A stretch of DNA of 64,000 nt from Octopus bimaculoides (GCF_001194135.2 NC_068982.1:167440824-167504823); one strand, 5' to 3'; shown: positions 40,136 through 51,643, counted from the first letter of the stretch. Translations and numbers: made by a program. The notes: generated by a model not told the origin, from the letters alone.

Positions 40136-40344
40136 AGTTTTGGGGAAGGGGATGAGTCGATTACATCGACCCCAGTGTTCAATTGGTATTTATTTTATCA
40201 AACCCCGAAAGGATGAAAGGTAAATTCGACCTCGGCAGAATTTGAACTCAGAACGTAGCGACGGGCGAAATACCGCCGACTTAAATAACAACAACAACAA
40301 CAATAATAATAATACCAGTAATAAAAGTAACTACACCAAACAGC

Positions 40345-40425
40345 ATGAGTGTGGACAAAACTAACTGTAACTCCTGTTGCCCTTTGGATGGAAAGTGTAT
40401 AGGGGAAATGTCTACAGACGCTACA
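40345..40425 (+). mobile_element. Penelope-like element fragment (Cys-rich segment preceding the GIY-YIG endonuclease)
   Basis: Translation KTNCNSCCPLDGKCIGE resembles the CNC..CPLDGKC motif of Penelope endonuclease regions. Confidence 0.5.
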
Positions 40426-42439
40426 CACTACAACTCAAACCCTTTAGCATTTAAACCGGTCATAAATGGCTTAAATATTATGTTTTACGTTAAAACTGGT
40501 CAAATTCAGCCTTCCACATCTAACATACAATATCATTCTGAAAAAAATAAACAAACACACCATTGAAATATCGAAGCTGCTTGATAATGCATGATTAATT
40601 CAAATCAATGTGAATAAACGAGCATTACATTTGACATAGAATCTGAATGCTGAAGGGTTAAATTCTACCTTGTGTCATACTTGGTCTATAATAAATGATT
40701 TTACTTGTTTACAAATCCTTTCTCTTACTCAAGACATGCCCATACAACATCCCTCTCAGAATATATATGCAACTTAAAAAAAAATGTATAAATTACAACA
40801 CACAATGGTCTATATTACATACGGTGGATCCTTTAAAGGGGAGTGATGTAGCTGCTGTCTGTACTTCATTGGAGCTTCATTGGAAATACTTATGGCTTAC
40901 ATAAAACCACTTGGACTTTCAGATTCTATATGAAAGAAATAAGGATGATACATGTGATTAACACATCTTGTGTGTATGTCTATGTCTATCATCTCTTGAT
41001 GCGTTTGTGCGTGTATATATGTGGTTGTAAGTACATGTACGTATGTTTTGTGTGTGTGTATTCACAACTATCTTTCTCTTTAATTGTATATAAATATACA
41101 CATTCCATAGGTATGTTTATTTGGTTGATTGTTTTATCGCTAAATTTGCTCCCTGTTTCAATACTTAGATTCTAAAACAATTACAGGATTGATATCCACT
41201 CGAAGCTGACTTAATACATAATATTTCTCCGTCTTACCCTGTAAATAATTCTCTGAATGTACAAATAGTACTAGCCTCTCATTGACTGAAGCTGTTACCC
41301 TTTCTGCAAATAATAGTGATATGTCTATAAATTTCAATCAGTACATCACATGCAGTAGAATAGTTAATAACTAACATTCTTGCTGCACCTCCAGTCACTA
41401 GAAATGTAATTCTTTGTCATCTTATTGCAACCTAAGATTTAATAGTCATAAAAGTCCCTGTGGTGTTTCAAATATTGATAGTAGTAAGCATAACATTTCC
41501 CAATCTACACAGTCTAGATATATGCTTCTCTGTAATTTATCTACTAAAGCAAGGTTTGACTCCTCTATCGTACATAAGGATAATCTATCATTGAATAGTA
41601 ACGGATGAAACAGAAAACTGAATATTACATGGCACGACGTTCCGTTTGCACGGTCTGTCAACGAAAATTGCGCACTTTTTAAGATTCTTTAGGAAGATTT
41701 TCCACCACAACAGAAGTATTACAAAATATTGAATAAGACTACTGTTAAACTTTTTTATTCTACTACATCTAATTTAGCATTTATCATAATTGTTTCTCTA
41801 AATTAAAACAAGAATACCATTTATTTCAAGTTGGTCAAAAGTTGTAGTTATAATAATAATTTGCCCTCTGAATAAATTAACTATAATAGTTAGATTATGA
41901 TTTATGATTATAACTGTTACAAGGGTATGAGTTGTTATATTAATAACCCTTTCTACTAAAGGTACAAGGCCTGAAATTTGGGGATGGGGAAAAATTGATT
42001 ACGTCAACTCCAGTGTACAACTGGTACTTATTTCATCGAACCCGAAAGATGAAAGGTAAAGTCGACTTGGGTGGAATTTGAACTCAACGCAAACCCGGAA
42101 GAACGGCCACTAAGCATCTTGCCAAGCATGCTAATGATTCTGCCAGCTCGCCAACTTTGTTATGTTAATAACTAACTAAAAAGCCGCACTCCATGAGGAC
42201 TTTTAAGCTAGCTCCTACGGAGGGCTAATTGGGCCTGCGGCCTAAGACTAAAGAGAGATAAGTAGCACGACTATAGTACGTCTAGAATGACTATATGCCC
42301 CGGTGGTGTTTGGTCAGAGGTTAAAGACGGATGAGAATTAATTCTGTAATGCAATCATTCTATTGTTCCAGTCCCAAGCTGAATTCCAACTGTTGGCCAA
42401 TTTGTCCCAAAGCTCTTATTTTAGCGGAAAATTAACGGC

Positions 42440-42560
42440 ACGAATGTCATTTATCCCACTCTTGATCGCTGACGTAATCGGACAAACGCCCAGCAAGATG
42501 GCGGGAATTAGCCATGCTTTACCTGCTAGAAATAGCAACCCAAATGCTTTTAAATCAGAT
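42440..42560 (+). promoter_or_regulatory. CpG-rich promoter-like island with a CRE-like site and a YY1-type motif
   Basis: TGACGTAA at 42470-77 and AAGATGGCGG at 42495-504 within locally CpG-rich sequence. Confidence 0.5.
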
Positions 42561-42603
42561 CCCAAATGCCGGATGTTCAAGAACCAAATGAAGGACAGAT
42601 TTT

Positions 42604-43171
42604 GGATCTATTTTAAAACGGGGGCCACATTTTTCATTAATGTTTTACGTAGTGTTTTTGGTACGGAAAGACTTTCAAACTTCGTATACTTATCTATTTT
42701 GTGTTATAGAACAGAAAATATTTTTGTATTCGAATTTATTTCATGTAAAAAATTGTCTTATTTCGATAATTTCAACCAATCACTGACAAGTATTCAGTTG
42801 TTTATATTTACTCCTTTGGCTGATTAAGCGATGTAAAGCGTATTTAATCTCCATACCTTCGTTTTATTTGCTTTTTTCATTTTAAATTTGCTTTAACCCT
42901 AACCCTAACCCTAGGGTTAGGGTTAGGGTTAATTGTTTCAGAATCGTTTGTTTATGTAGTCGGCACTTAATGTATATCGGCTGAATGGACGTCAGTGATT
43001 GGTTGAAATTACAGAAATACGACAACTTTCACATGGAATAACTTATGGATGTCTTTTGTTTTAAAGAAGACTAAGAGAAAAAGATGTTTTATATGGTACA
43101 TTCTACCAGTGTTCCAAGTTTCAAAGTGTTTCGTTAATGAAAAATGTGGCCCCCGTTTTAAAAAAAGATCC
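42604..43171. mobile_element. 568-bp non-autonomous DNA transposon (MITE) with GG..CC ends, Merlin- or Mutator-like
   Basis: ~40-bp TIRs (GGATCTATTTTAAAACGGGGCCACATTTTTCATTAA and its inverse), perfect 8-bp TSD CAGATTTT at 42596-603 and 43172-179, internal inverted repeat AATTTCAACCAATCACTGAC, central telomeric palindrome. Confidence 0.8.
42893..42932. repeat. Perfect 40-bp palindrome of telomeric repeats, TTAACCCTAACCCTAACCC-TA-GGGTTAGGGTTAGGGTTAA
   Basis: Read directly from the sequence; the axis of symmetry lies between 42912 and 42913. Confidence 0.95.
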
Positions 43172-43399
43172 CAGATTTTCAATCCCGGGATCATCCTGAT
43201 TCGAAAAAGGTATAGTATATCTATGTAGAGCAAATATAGAGTAAGATACAGGGGTCCCAGACAGACAGAATTTCAAGTTTATTATTATAGAAGATAACAC
43301 TAATAACTATGATGTCATAAATAAATGACAACAACATGAATGTACATTATTTACATTATTTACATTTGACGGATATTTATCCTCATCTTGTTTGTTGTT

Positions 43400-43445
43400 A
43401 ACACAACGTTTCAGCTGATATACTCTCCAGTCTTCATCAGGTTTC
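43400..43445 (-). ncRNA. Second minimal type I hammerhead motif, inverted and more degenerate copy
   Basis: Minus strand reads GAAAC-CTGATGA-A-GACTG(gagagtatat)CAGCT-GAAA-CGTT-GTGTT; core and palindromic ACGT intact, one mismatch each in stems I and II. Confidence 0.55.
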
Positions 43446-43492
43446 TTGGAGATATTTCGAACCTGGGTTCTCATTCCTAAGGTATTTTTCGA

Positions 43493-43546
<54 letters not shown>

Positions 43547-44592
43547 AATTAAAAGAAGTGTGCCATTTGCTATCTTGTGAACAATATTTCGACATCTCGC
43601 GTGTCTTCCACTGGTTCAAAAAATAAATTTGTCAATCTACTTCATTTTGGTTAATATAGAAAGGATTGAGGTAACTCCTCCTGAAGATATAGAGTCAAAA
43701 TTAAAAGAAGAGTGCCATTTNNNNNNNNNNNNNNNNNNNNNNNNNNNNNNNNNNNNNNNNNNNNNNNNNNNNNNNNNNNNNNNNNNNNNNNNNNNNNNNN
43801 NNNNNNNNNNNNNNNNNNNNNNNNNNNNNNNNNNNNNNNNNNNNNNNNNNNNNNNNNNNNNNNNNNNNNNNNNNNNNNNNNNNNNNNNNNNNNNNNNNNN
43901 NNNNNNNNNNNNNNNNNNNNNNNNNNNNNNNNNNNNNNNNNNNNNNNNNNNNNNNNNNNNNNNNNNNNNNNNNNNNNNNNNNNNNNNNNNNNNNNNNNNN
44001 NNNNNNNNNNNNNNNNNNNNNNNNNNNNNNNNNNNNNNNNNNNNNNNNNNNNNNNNNNNNNNNNNNNNNNNNNNNNNNNNNNNNNNNNNNNNNNNNNNNN
44101 NNNNNNNNNNNNNNNNNNNNNNNNNNNNNNNNNNNNNNNNNNNNNNNNNNNNNNNNNNNNNNNNNNNNNNNNNNNNNNNNNNNNNNNNNNNNNNNNNNNN
44201 NNNNNNNNNNNNNNNNNNNNNNNNNNNNNNNNNNNNNNNNNNNNNNNNNNNNNNNNNNNNNNNNNNNNNNNNNNNNNNNNNNNNNNNNNNNNNNNNNNNN
44301 NNNNNNNNNNNNNNNNNNNNNNNNNNNNNNNNNNNNNNNNNNNNNNNNNNNNNNNNNNNNNNNNNNNNNNNNNNNNNNNNNNNNNNNNNNNNNNNNNNNN
44401 NNNNNNNNNNNNNNNNNNNNNNNNNNNNNNNNNNNNNNNNNNNNNNNNNNNNNNNNNNNNNNNNNNNNNNNNNNNNNNNNNNNNNNNNNNNNNNNNNNNN
44501 NNNNNNNNNNNNNNNNNNNNNNNNNNNNNNNNNNNNNNNNNNNNNNNNNNNNNNNNNNNNNNNNNNNNNNNNNNNNNNNNNNNNNNNNNNNN

Positions 44593-44646
<54 letters not shown>

Positions 44647-44693
44647 TCGAAAAATACCGTAGGAATGAGAACCCAGGTTCAAAATTCCCCCAA

Positions 44694-44739
44694 GACACCT
44701 GATGAAGGCTGGAGGGTATATCAGCCGAAATGTTGTGTT
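44694..44739 (+). ncRNA. Minimal type I hammerhead ribozyme motif (Penelope-type)
   Basis: GACAC-CTGATGA-A-GGCTG(gagggtatat)CAGCC-GAAA-TGTT-GTGTT: stem I GACAC/GTGTT, perfect stem II, both core boxes, loopless stem III. Confidence 0.65.
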
Positions 44740-45218
44740 AACAGCAAACAAGATGAGGATAAATATCCGTCAAATATAAATAATGTAAATAATGTACATA
44801 ATTCCTCATCTCTTAAATATAGAACTGAAAACATTAATAATGTTGATAATGATAATAATAATGGTTGTAGTGATGGACTCTCCTGTCGAAGACGACATAT
44901 GAGTATTCAGCTTTTGCTGAACGACCTGCACAAATGATTTGTTTACAGTGATCAAATGTACGTGCCGTACATTAGCTCACTCTCTCCATCAAATCGACGT
45001 TGGCTGATCAGGTGTACGGTGTACCATTTAGTCAGGCGTCGAAGCGATCGCAAAACGATGTGTGAGATGAAGTGTTTTGATCAAGAACACAACGCACTAC
45101 CCGGTCTAGGAACTGAAACCACGGTCTCACCATCATGAGTGCAACACCCTAACCACTAAGTTATGGTTGTGGTAATGGCTGTAATAAAGATAATATTGAC
45201 AATACCGATTATAGTACG

Positions 45219-45273
<55 letters not shown>

Positions 45274-48200
45274 CTACTAGGTCTTAGTAGACACAACATG
45301 TGGTCTATTTCTAGCATATTAAATGTCCACTTTACTGGTCAACTTTATATATATAAAAATATACCTTAATCCCCTAAGATCTCAGATATTTTTTCTGAAT
45401 CTCTCGGATTCTTTCAATGTGATTAATAATAAATTCTCGTATATTCCATCTTCTGTCTTTCATTTGCCATATATATATATATAATAACGAAGGCGGCTTG
45501 ACGCAATATAAACCAAAAGGGAAAATTTCAATCGTCACTAATAGTGACTGAGGGTGCGAGGAAGCACACACATTGCTAGAAACAAGAGTCAAAGACACTT
45601 ATAACTGCAAAAAAGCACAGGTCTATGCACAGACATGGGAGATAACCGCCCCACAGCGACCGCGGTCACTATACTAGCTAGCTAGTTTCGCTTAGCTCTC
45701 AGTAGTGACCACTCCGTCGCTGATGGTTAAGCTAAATTCCAGCTGTCAGCATATAGCATTTATCATATGAATCAATGGCTGATTCAGCCAAATGGTAATG
45801 TGGAAGTTATAAAATAACGAAGGCAGCTTCTTCAATCCATTCTAGCATAGAAAAATGAATGTAAAACCAATACTAAAAATTTATGTGCTTTGCAGTGCTA
45901 CTATATCCATCTATTTTACATTCTATCTCACTTACCTATTTTGATCATTATCTTAATGCAATTTATTTATGATTCCCAATGTCTCACGTCTTAAAGTAGT
46001 TCACATTTGAAAGTTTATCTCCAAGACTGAAGTTTGTTGGGTTTGTTGAAATGTCAAATTCTTTTATTCATGCTGTTTGCAGCAAATCATCTGCTGCAAT
46101 TATCGTACAATATTGATTTCATGGTCAACATCCTCAGAACTTTCTAGAGATAAGATCTGTTCAATTTGTTCAGCTATAAGGATTAGTTTCCTTCTGTTGC
46201 TCTTTAATACAATTGTCTTTTTATATTTTCAGTTTTTTTTTTGTAAGGCACTGGTATAACCTTTTCAGAATGGTAAAATCTTATGCCCATCCCAAATATT
46301 TGCATGAAAAAAAAATTGTGGATAGGGAGGTAATTGGGACGAGAGGGTGGGATAGTATGGTCTGAATGCATGCAGCAGTGAACTTTGCCAGAAGCACCCA
46401 ATAACCGCGTGCTGGTACTAAATTGGGTGGTATGTTAGCATCTCTCTTACCCAAATATGTAAAAAGGCTATGAATGTTATCAAGAAAAACCTCACTTCAG
46501 TTGCCCCCAGTTCCGAATTTACTCTATAAACTTACATGCGATCTCAAAAAGTGTTGAAACTTCTCTAACTAGAACCAGCGAGAGATGCTTTATGTAATTT
46601 GTCGACTGTTAGAGAAATTTACCAAATCTCCAGCATACAACACAATTACCTTAAAAAAGGGAAATACACGTTGGAAAATACTTTCAAGTTATCAGGCGAA
46701 AACGGAAGAAGATAGAAAAGGGCATGGCTACGATACTGTCATAGGTCTGCTCGATTAGAATTTATTAAGGGCTAGACAGCAATAATTTCTCTGATTAGAG
46801 AAGCCTAATAAGCAGCTGGTCCTTACAGTGTCCCTTTCATTAACCTCAAATAATGCACTTAAGAGTTAGCTGCTGTCATTATGTAGATCTTCACTCTTTC
46901 TATTTTTACAAAACGCGACAACTTTGGCTTTGTTGTTTACCTTCCTTTCACCATTACATCCGTCATTTCAAATTTGATGGAAACATCCTTAAATGACGAC
47001 TACCTTTTTCACTTTGAGTCTCTTTCTCTTCTCAAGGAGCAAGAGTTCGGAAGAATTGCTCTCCTACGTTACTTTCTAGTGACTAATTAATCTTGAGAAC
47101 TTCGCTGAGAGCTCAGTGCTGATTCTCAATTATAATACAATAAAAAACATTATGATTAACTTGCGAACAAGAAACCAATAGTTTTACGAATCAAGCTTGA
47201 CATTGGGTAGATCTGTCATTTGGCAAAATTTGAAATGTTTCACACCAGATCATATGATACATTGTATCACCACACAATATTCTCCTTTTCTCCTCTCCAA
47301 CCATCTCACCCTTCATCCTCCTCTGCACCAGGATCGACATCACCTGCTCACTTTCTCACAAGATTTTCTTTTAGTTGGGTGAAGAAATTTTATCCGAGTC
47401 AGAATTTGTGTTCTGTCCTCAGACTTCAGTTGACCTTTTAGCTTTCCTAGTGCTTAGCGCTGGCTTTGTCAACGCTCCATAAGCAAGTTGTAATTTGTTT
47501 TGAATAGTCCAGCAACTAACTATTTATATGGCGTGTGTGAAATAGATGGAATTTTTTGAAATAATCACAAGAGTCTTATATTTTAGATTATATGAAAGTT
47601 TGTGAAGTCTATAGAGTATATGAAAGTTTGTGAAGTGTTAGAAGTGTAACTTTCGATAGATTTTTGGTCGACTGAGAATTATTAAAACCACATCGTAGTC
47701 TTTGATCGGCAAGACTTATATTATTCTCTGATATTTGTTAAATAAAAAAATACAGATTTCTTTTGAAAACTTCAAAGCTACATCTGTAAGTGATCATTGC
47801 CAAACGCCAATATATAACTGGAATTAAGGCGGCGAGCTGGCAGAAACGTTAGCGCTCCGGACGAAATGCTTAGCGGTATTTCATCTGCCGTTGCGTTCTG
47901 AGTTCAAATTCCACCGAAGTCGACTTTGTCTTTCATCCTTTCGGGGTCGATAAATTAAGTACCAGTTGCGTACTGGGGTCGATCTAATTGATTGGCCTCC
48001 TCCCCGCAAATTTCGGGCCTTGTACCTAGAGTAGAAAAGGAATTTTTAGCACGCCGGGAAAAATGCTTAGCGGTGTTTCGTTCGTATTTATATTTTGAGT
48101 TCAAATTCCGCCGAGGTTGACTTTGTCTTTCATCCTTTCGGGGTCGATAAAATAAGTACCAGATCAGCACTGGAGTCGATTTAATCGAGTTAATCCCTTC

Positions 48201-49679
48201 CCTCAAATTGCTAGCGTTGTGCCCAATTTCGAAACTAATATATAACTGAAATTGAGTTTTAAAATTCTTTCGCTTTGGCATAAAAGGTACACGGTCGGAT
48301 TTGAACAGAGTATCTGTGACTACTCTTCTAAATTCTGAACGTCATCTCCACGTGTGTTCAAATGTTTCTGTCGCTCCATTTACCCGAAATAAATAAATAT
48401 TGATTCATTGATTTTAATTTCAATTGCGCAAAGTGTATTTTCCCTTTCCAAGACTATTACTTTAATTGAATGTTCTACATTAATATTTATATCAAATATG
48501 AAATAAATCTGACCTTCAAAAACTATTTAAAGCTGAATATAAGAAAAGTCACTTCTAATGGATATGGATAAATACAGAACTAGAATGTTTGATTGATAAT
48601 GACTGGCACTGGACATTACAAGCCATATGGCCATCGAAGCATTCAACAATTCACCATTTCTTTCCCACCAGTTGTTAAGTACTGTCGGTATCGATGTTAT
48701 TTAACAGTGGTGAAACTATATCACTCTCTGCCACCTATTTATTACTAGGTGGCCTCGGCTATCGAGAGTTGGTATCCTAATCAGTGGACCAGTCTCCTTC
48801 TTAAATCTGAGAGAAACTGTCGTTAATATGATGCGTAGCACAAGGCGGTGAGCTGGTAGAATCGTCCGTCTTTACGTTCTGAGTTCAGATTTCGCCGAGG
48901 CTGACTTCGCCTTTCATCTTTTCGGGCTCGATAAAATAAGTACCAGTTGAGTACTAGAATCGATGTAATCGACTAACCCCTTGCGCCAAAATTTGAAATC
49001 AGTATGATGCGTCGCACAAAACGCTTTATGGTATTTAGTTACAACTTTTTATGTTCTGAGTTCAAATCCTGCTTTGGTTGATCTTGCCTTTCAATTACTG
49101 AAATCTATTTAATCGACTTTAACCCTCTCCCAAATGTTAGCCTTTATATCTATTTTGCAATGATTGACATTATATTGATTTCTAACAGTAATAACATCCG
49201 TCTGCACCCCCAACACTTTCCCTCTCTCGTACTTACTTTCTTCCCTTTCATCACTTTTGCTTGTTTTTTTTCTTTCTGACCTTTAAAATTCACACATATA
49301 CCCGCTCCTTCTCTTCCTCTCTCTCGTTTTCTTATACAGGTCTTTATCCTTATCTGTCTGCATCTGTTGTTGTTTGCTCTGCTGCATTTAATTCTCCCTA
49401 TCGAATTATACCACTCGCATTTCGTCACACATTGGTCTCTTTTCTTCATTTTTATTTTAATTCTACACTCTTTCAGCTATCAGTGCCTCTTTCTTTCTCT
49501 TTCTTTTTCTCTTTAAATCTTTATCCTAACATTCTATCTCCCTCCTTACCTCTCATTCTCTTCCATCTTTATCTCAGTTTGTAACTCAATCTACAAATGC
49601 AATCTGCTTGGGTCTATTGACCAGCTTTCAGAGGACAAAATTGTAGATGTAGGTGTCTGCATTTCCTGGTTTGTGAATA

Positions 49680-49770
49680 GTGGTCTGACGTCACCAAAAT
49701 GGCGACCACAGCTGTTAGCTGTCAACGAACTAACATCGTGTCTGGCACGACGACGACGACGACCCTGACA
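49680..49770 (+). promoter_or_regulatory. CpG-rich promoter-like island upstream of the 50347 exon
   Basis: Perfect CRE TGACGTCA at 49686-93 followed by YY1-type AAAATGGCG at 49696-704; CpG-rich (CGA)n tract; about 550 bp upstream of the 50253 exon start. Confidence 0.55.
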
Positions 49771-50283
49771 AAGTAATAGACTGACTCGTTTGAAACCTTA
49801 TCCCTTTATATCTTTACATCTCCGTATCACAGGATGTCACAGAGGACTCGGCTGTTACAAAATACTTCTCCAGATGAATTATAAATATTTTTTTCGTGCT
49901 TTGGAAAATCATTAGCATAAAACCTAAACTCAGTGTTTTATTAACACTATATTGATGTTATTGTAGTTATTATGATTGTTTTTGCTACTGTTCTAGCTAC
50001 ACATGTTTTGATGTAGTTATCTGTCATCGTTGTTCATAATTGTTGGAAAGTTTTGATGTTATTACTGCGAATTTTAACGCTATTGTTGTTACTGGCGGAA
50101 TTTTGCTTTGTAATCGTCGCCATTATTTATCATTAGTGGTGTTATTGTTGTCATCATTATCGATATAACTGCTATTGTTATCACAATAATTTTATTTACC
50201 GTTACTAAAAACTTCACGGCTGGCTACATAAAGAACTTAATTTTCTCTCTAGTCGACCAACTCAGCTGCCTGAATTTTCTGCA

Positions 50284-50319
50284 ATGGAGTTAGAATCGTT
50301 TCCTTGGAACAGAAAATAA
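50284..50319 (+). promoter_or_regulatory. Upstream ORF (MELESFPWNRK*) in the presumed 5' UTR of the 50347 CDS
   Basis: ATG at 50284 and TAA at 50317-19, lying between the acceptor (50252) and the main ATG (50347). Confidence 0.45.
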
Positions 50320-50346
50320 CGTGAAGGACGCGTTTGATTAATTACA

Positions 50347-51340
50347 ATGGATATCGATGGATATCACAATTTTGTAGGAGAATATGTCTCAAATCCACCC
50401 CCTAAACCGGCCCATGGCATCATGAGAACAGAGTTTTCAATGCCGGTTCCAAGTACGACACATTATAATGAAGAAGTTGCTGAGGTCAATGACAACATAG
50501 TTCTACGAAGAAAGTCAAATGATGCTAAAAAATTTGTGCATTTCCGTGAATCTCGTGATATCACATACTATCCAGAACCTTATGAAACGATAGTGACTTC
50601 TAGTAAGGGGGAATTTGACCAATGTGATGTCCAACCGTCTTCAGTTTGTCCGTCTGAACAGAATAATGATATATGTGATCTAGATATGACTGTTGTATCT
50701 GGCTATAGTTCGGATGGAAGGGCCTTGAGTGGAGAATATAATGGTGGCTATCCTCTAAGAATGCCATATAATGATGAAAAGAAGCGATTCATGAACCATC
50801 CTATTAGAAGTGATATGCGAAAGGAAAAGGAAAATGTTACCTATCCAAGCCAACCAGCAGTGCTCAATTCCAAAGTTTCTAGTCGACCTCAATATCTTGA
50901 CATCCAAGAAGACAGCTATTCAATTACCGCTGGTCAAACAACACAGCCAAAGCTTAAAATTCGACCGGAAAACCCCGCGGATTCTTTAGTTAGTAGTCTG
51001 AAATTATCTGCTATCGGGCCGGTGTATGTACTAAACAGGAATACTTCAACAAGATCCTCAGGAACTTTTATTTCTCTAATTGGAAGAGTACCAATTGATG
51101 TAAATAAAATGAAACACCCGTCAAGAGAATGTGTACCAAAACCTGTGATTTTGACCAAAAACATACAAATCTTGCAGAAATCTCTGGATAACGAAGCTAT
51201 GGATCAAATACAAGATATCCAGAAAGCTTGGACCCAACGCAATGGAGACTATGTCGAAAGGAAAGAAATTAATGGCCATTTCAATGAATTCTATGTCAGT
51301 GAGAATTATGGTGAGCAAACCAACAACTATTGTTTTGAAG
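50347..51340 (+). CDS. Large coding exon of an unidentified gene (331 codons plus 1 nt; genomic ORF runs on to 51405, 352 aa)
   Basis: By far the longest ORF without Ns or microsatellite in the window; ATG at 50347, strong AG|GTAAGG donor at 51341, upstream acceptor ttttctctctag at 50251-52. No domain recognised. Confidence 0.8.
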
Positions 51341-51539
51341 GTAAGGACTCCATATTTTGTGTGTATAATCTTTATGGGGAAGAACATGTTGGGAAATGTT
51401 TGTAACATACATATATGCATGCATACGTACAAACATAATACATACATACATACATATGCTTATACATACATATAAACGTATATATATATGTGTGTGTATA
51501 CTTACAAATATATATATATAGTATATATATATACACATG

Positions 51540-51593
<54 letters not shown>

Positions 51594-51594
51594 C

Positions 51595-51643
<49 letters not shown>

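Larger units (their letters stand above)
43341..44800. mobile_element. Inverted pair of ~200-bp Penelope-like terminal repeats with (AAT)n tails flanking an assembly gap
   Basis: 43341-43545 is the approximate reverse complement of 44593-44800; each arm carries the hammerhead motif. Confidence 0.6.

Noticed and set aside
42363-42827. 154-aa ORF across the promoter island
   Set aside because: It runs straight through the TSD into the MITE, so it is a chimeric chance frame.
42893-42932. Chromosome end-to-end fusion scar
   Set aside because: A fusion gives (TTAGGG)n followed by (CCCTAA)n; here the order is reversed and the array sits inside a TSD-flanked element.
43546-43720. 24-bp direct repeat AAAATTAAAAGAAG(T/A)GTGCCATTT next to the gap
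   Set aside because: It abuts an assembly gap and may reflect haplotype or scaffolding duplication; it cannot be interpreted as a TSD with confidence.
43629-44751. Long ORFs of 294-366 aa in the ORF track, and similar ones at 16.3-16.7, 35.8-36.4, 51.5-56.8 and 61.3-61.9 kb
   Set aside because: They consist mostly of N-gap (X) codons and microsatellite translations.
46050-46500. Protein-like fragments on both strands (RRKLILIAEQIEQILSLESSEDVD; HWYNLFRMVKSYAHPKYL)
   Set aside because: Short, stop-interrupted frames with no TIRs or motif that could be assigned; possibly old TE debris.
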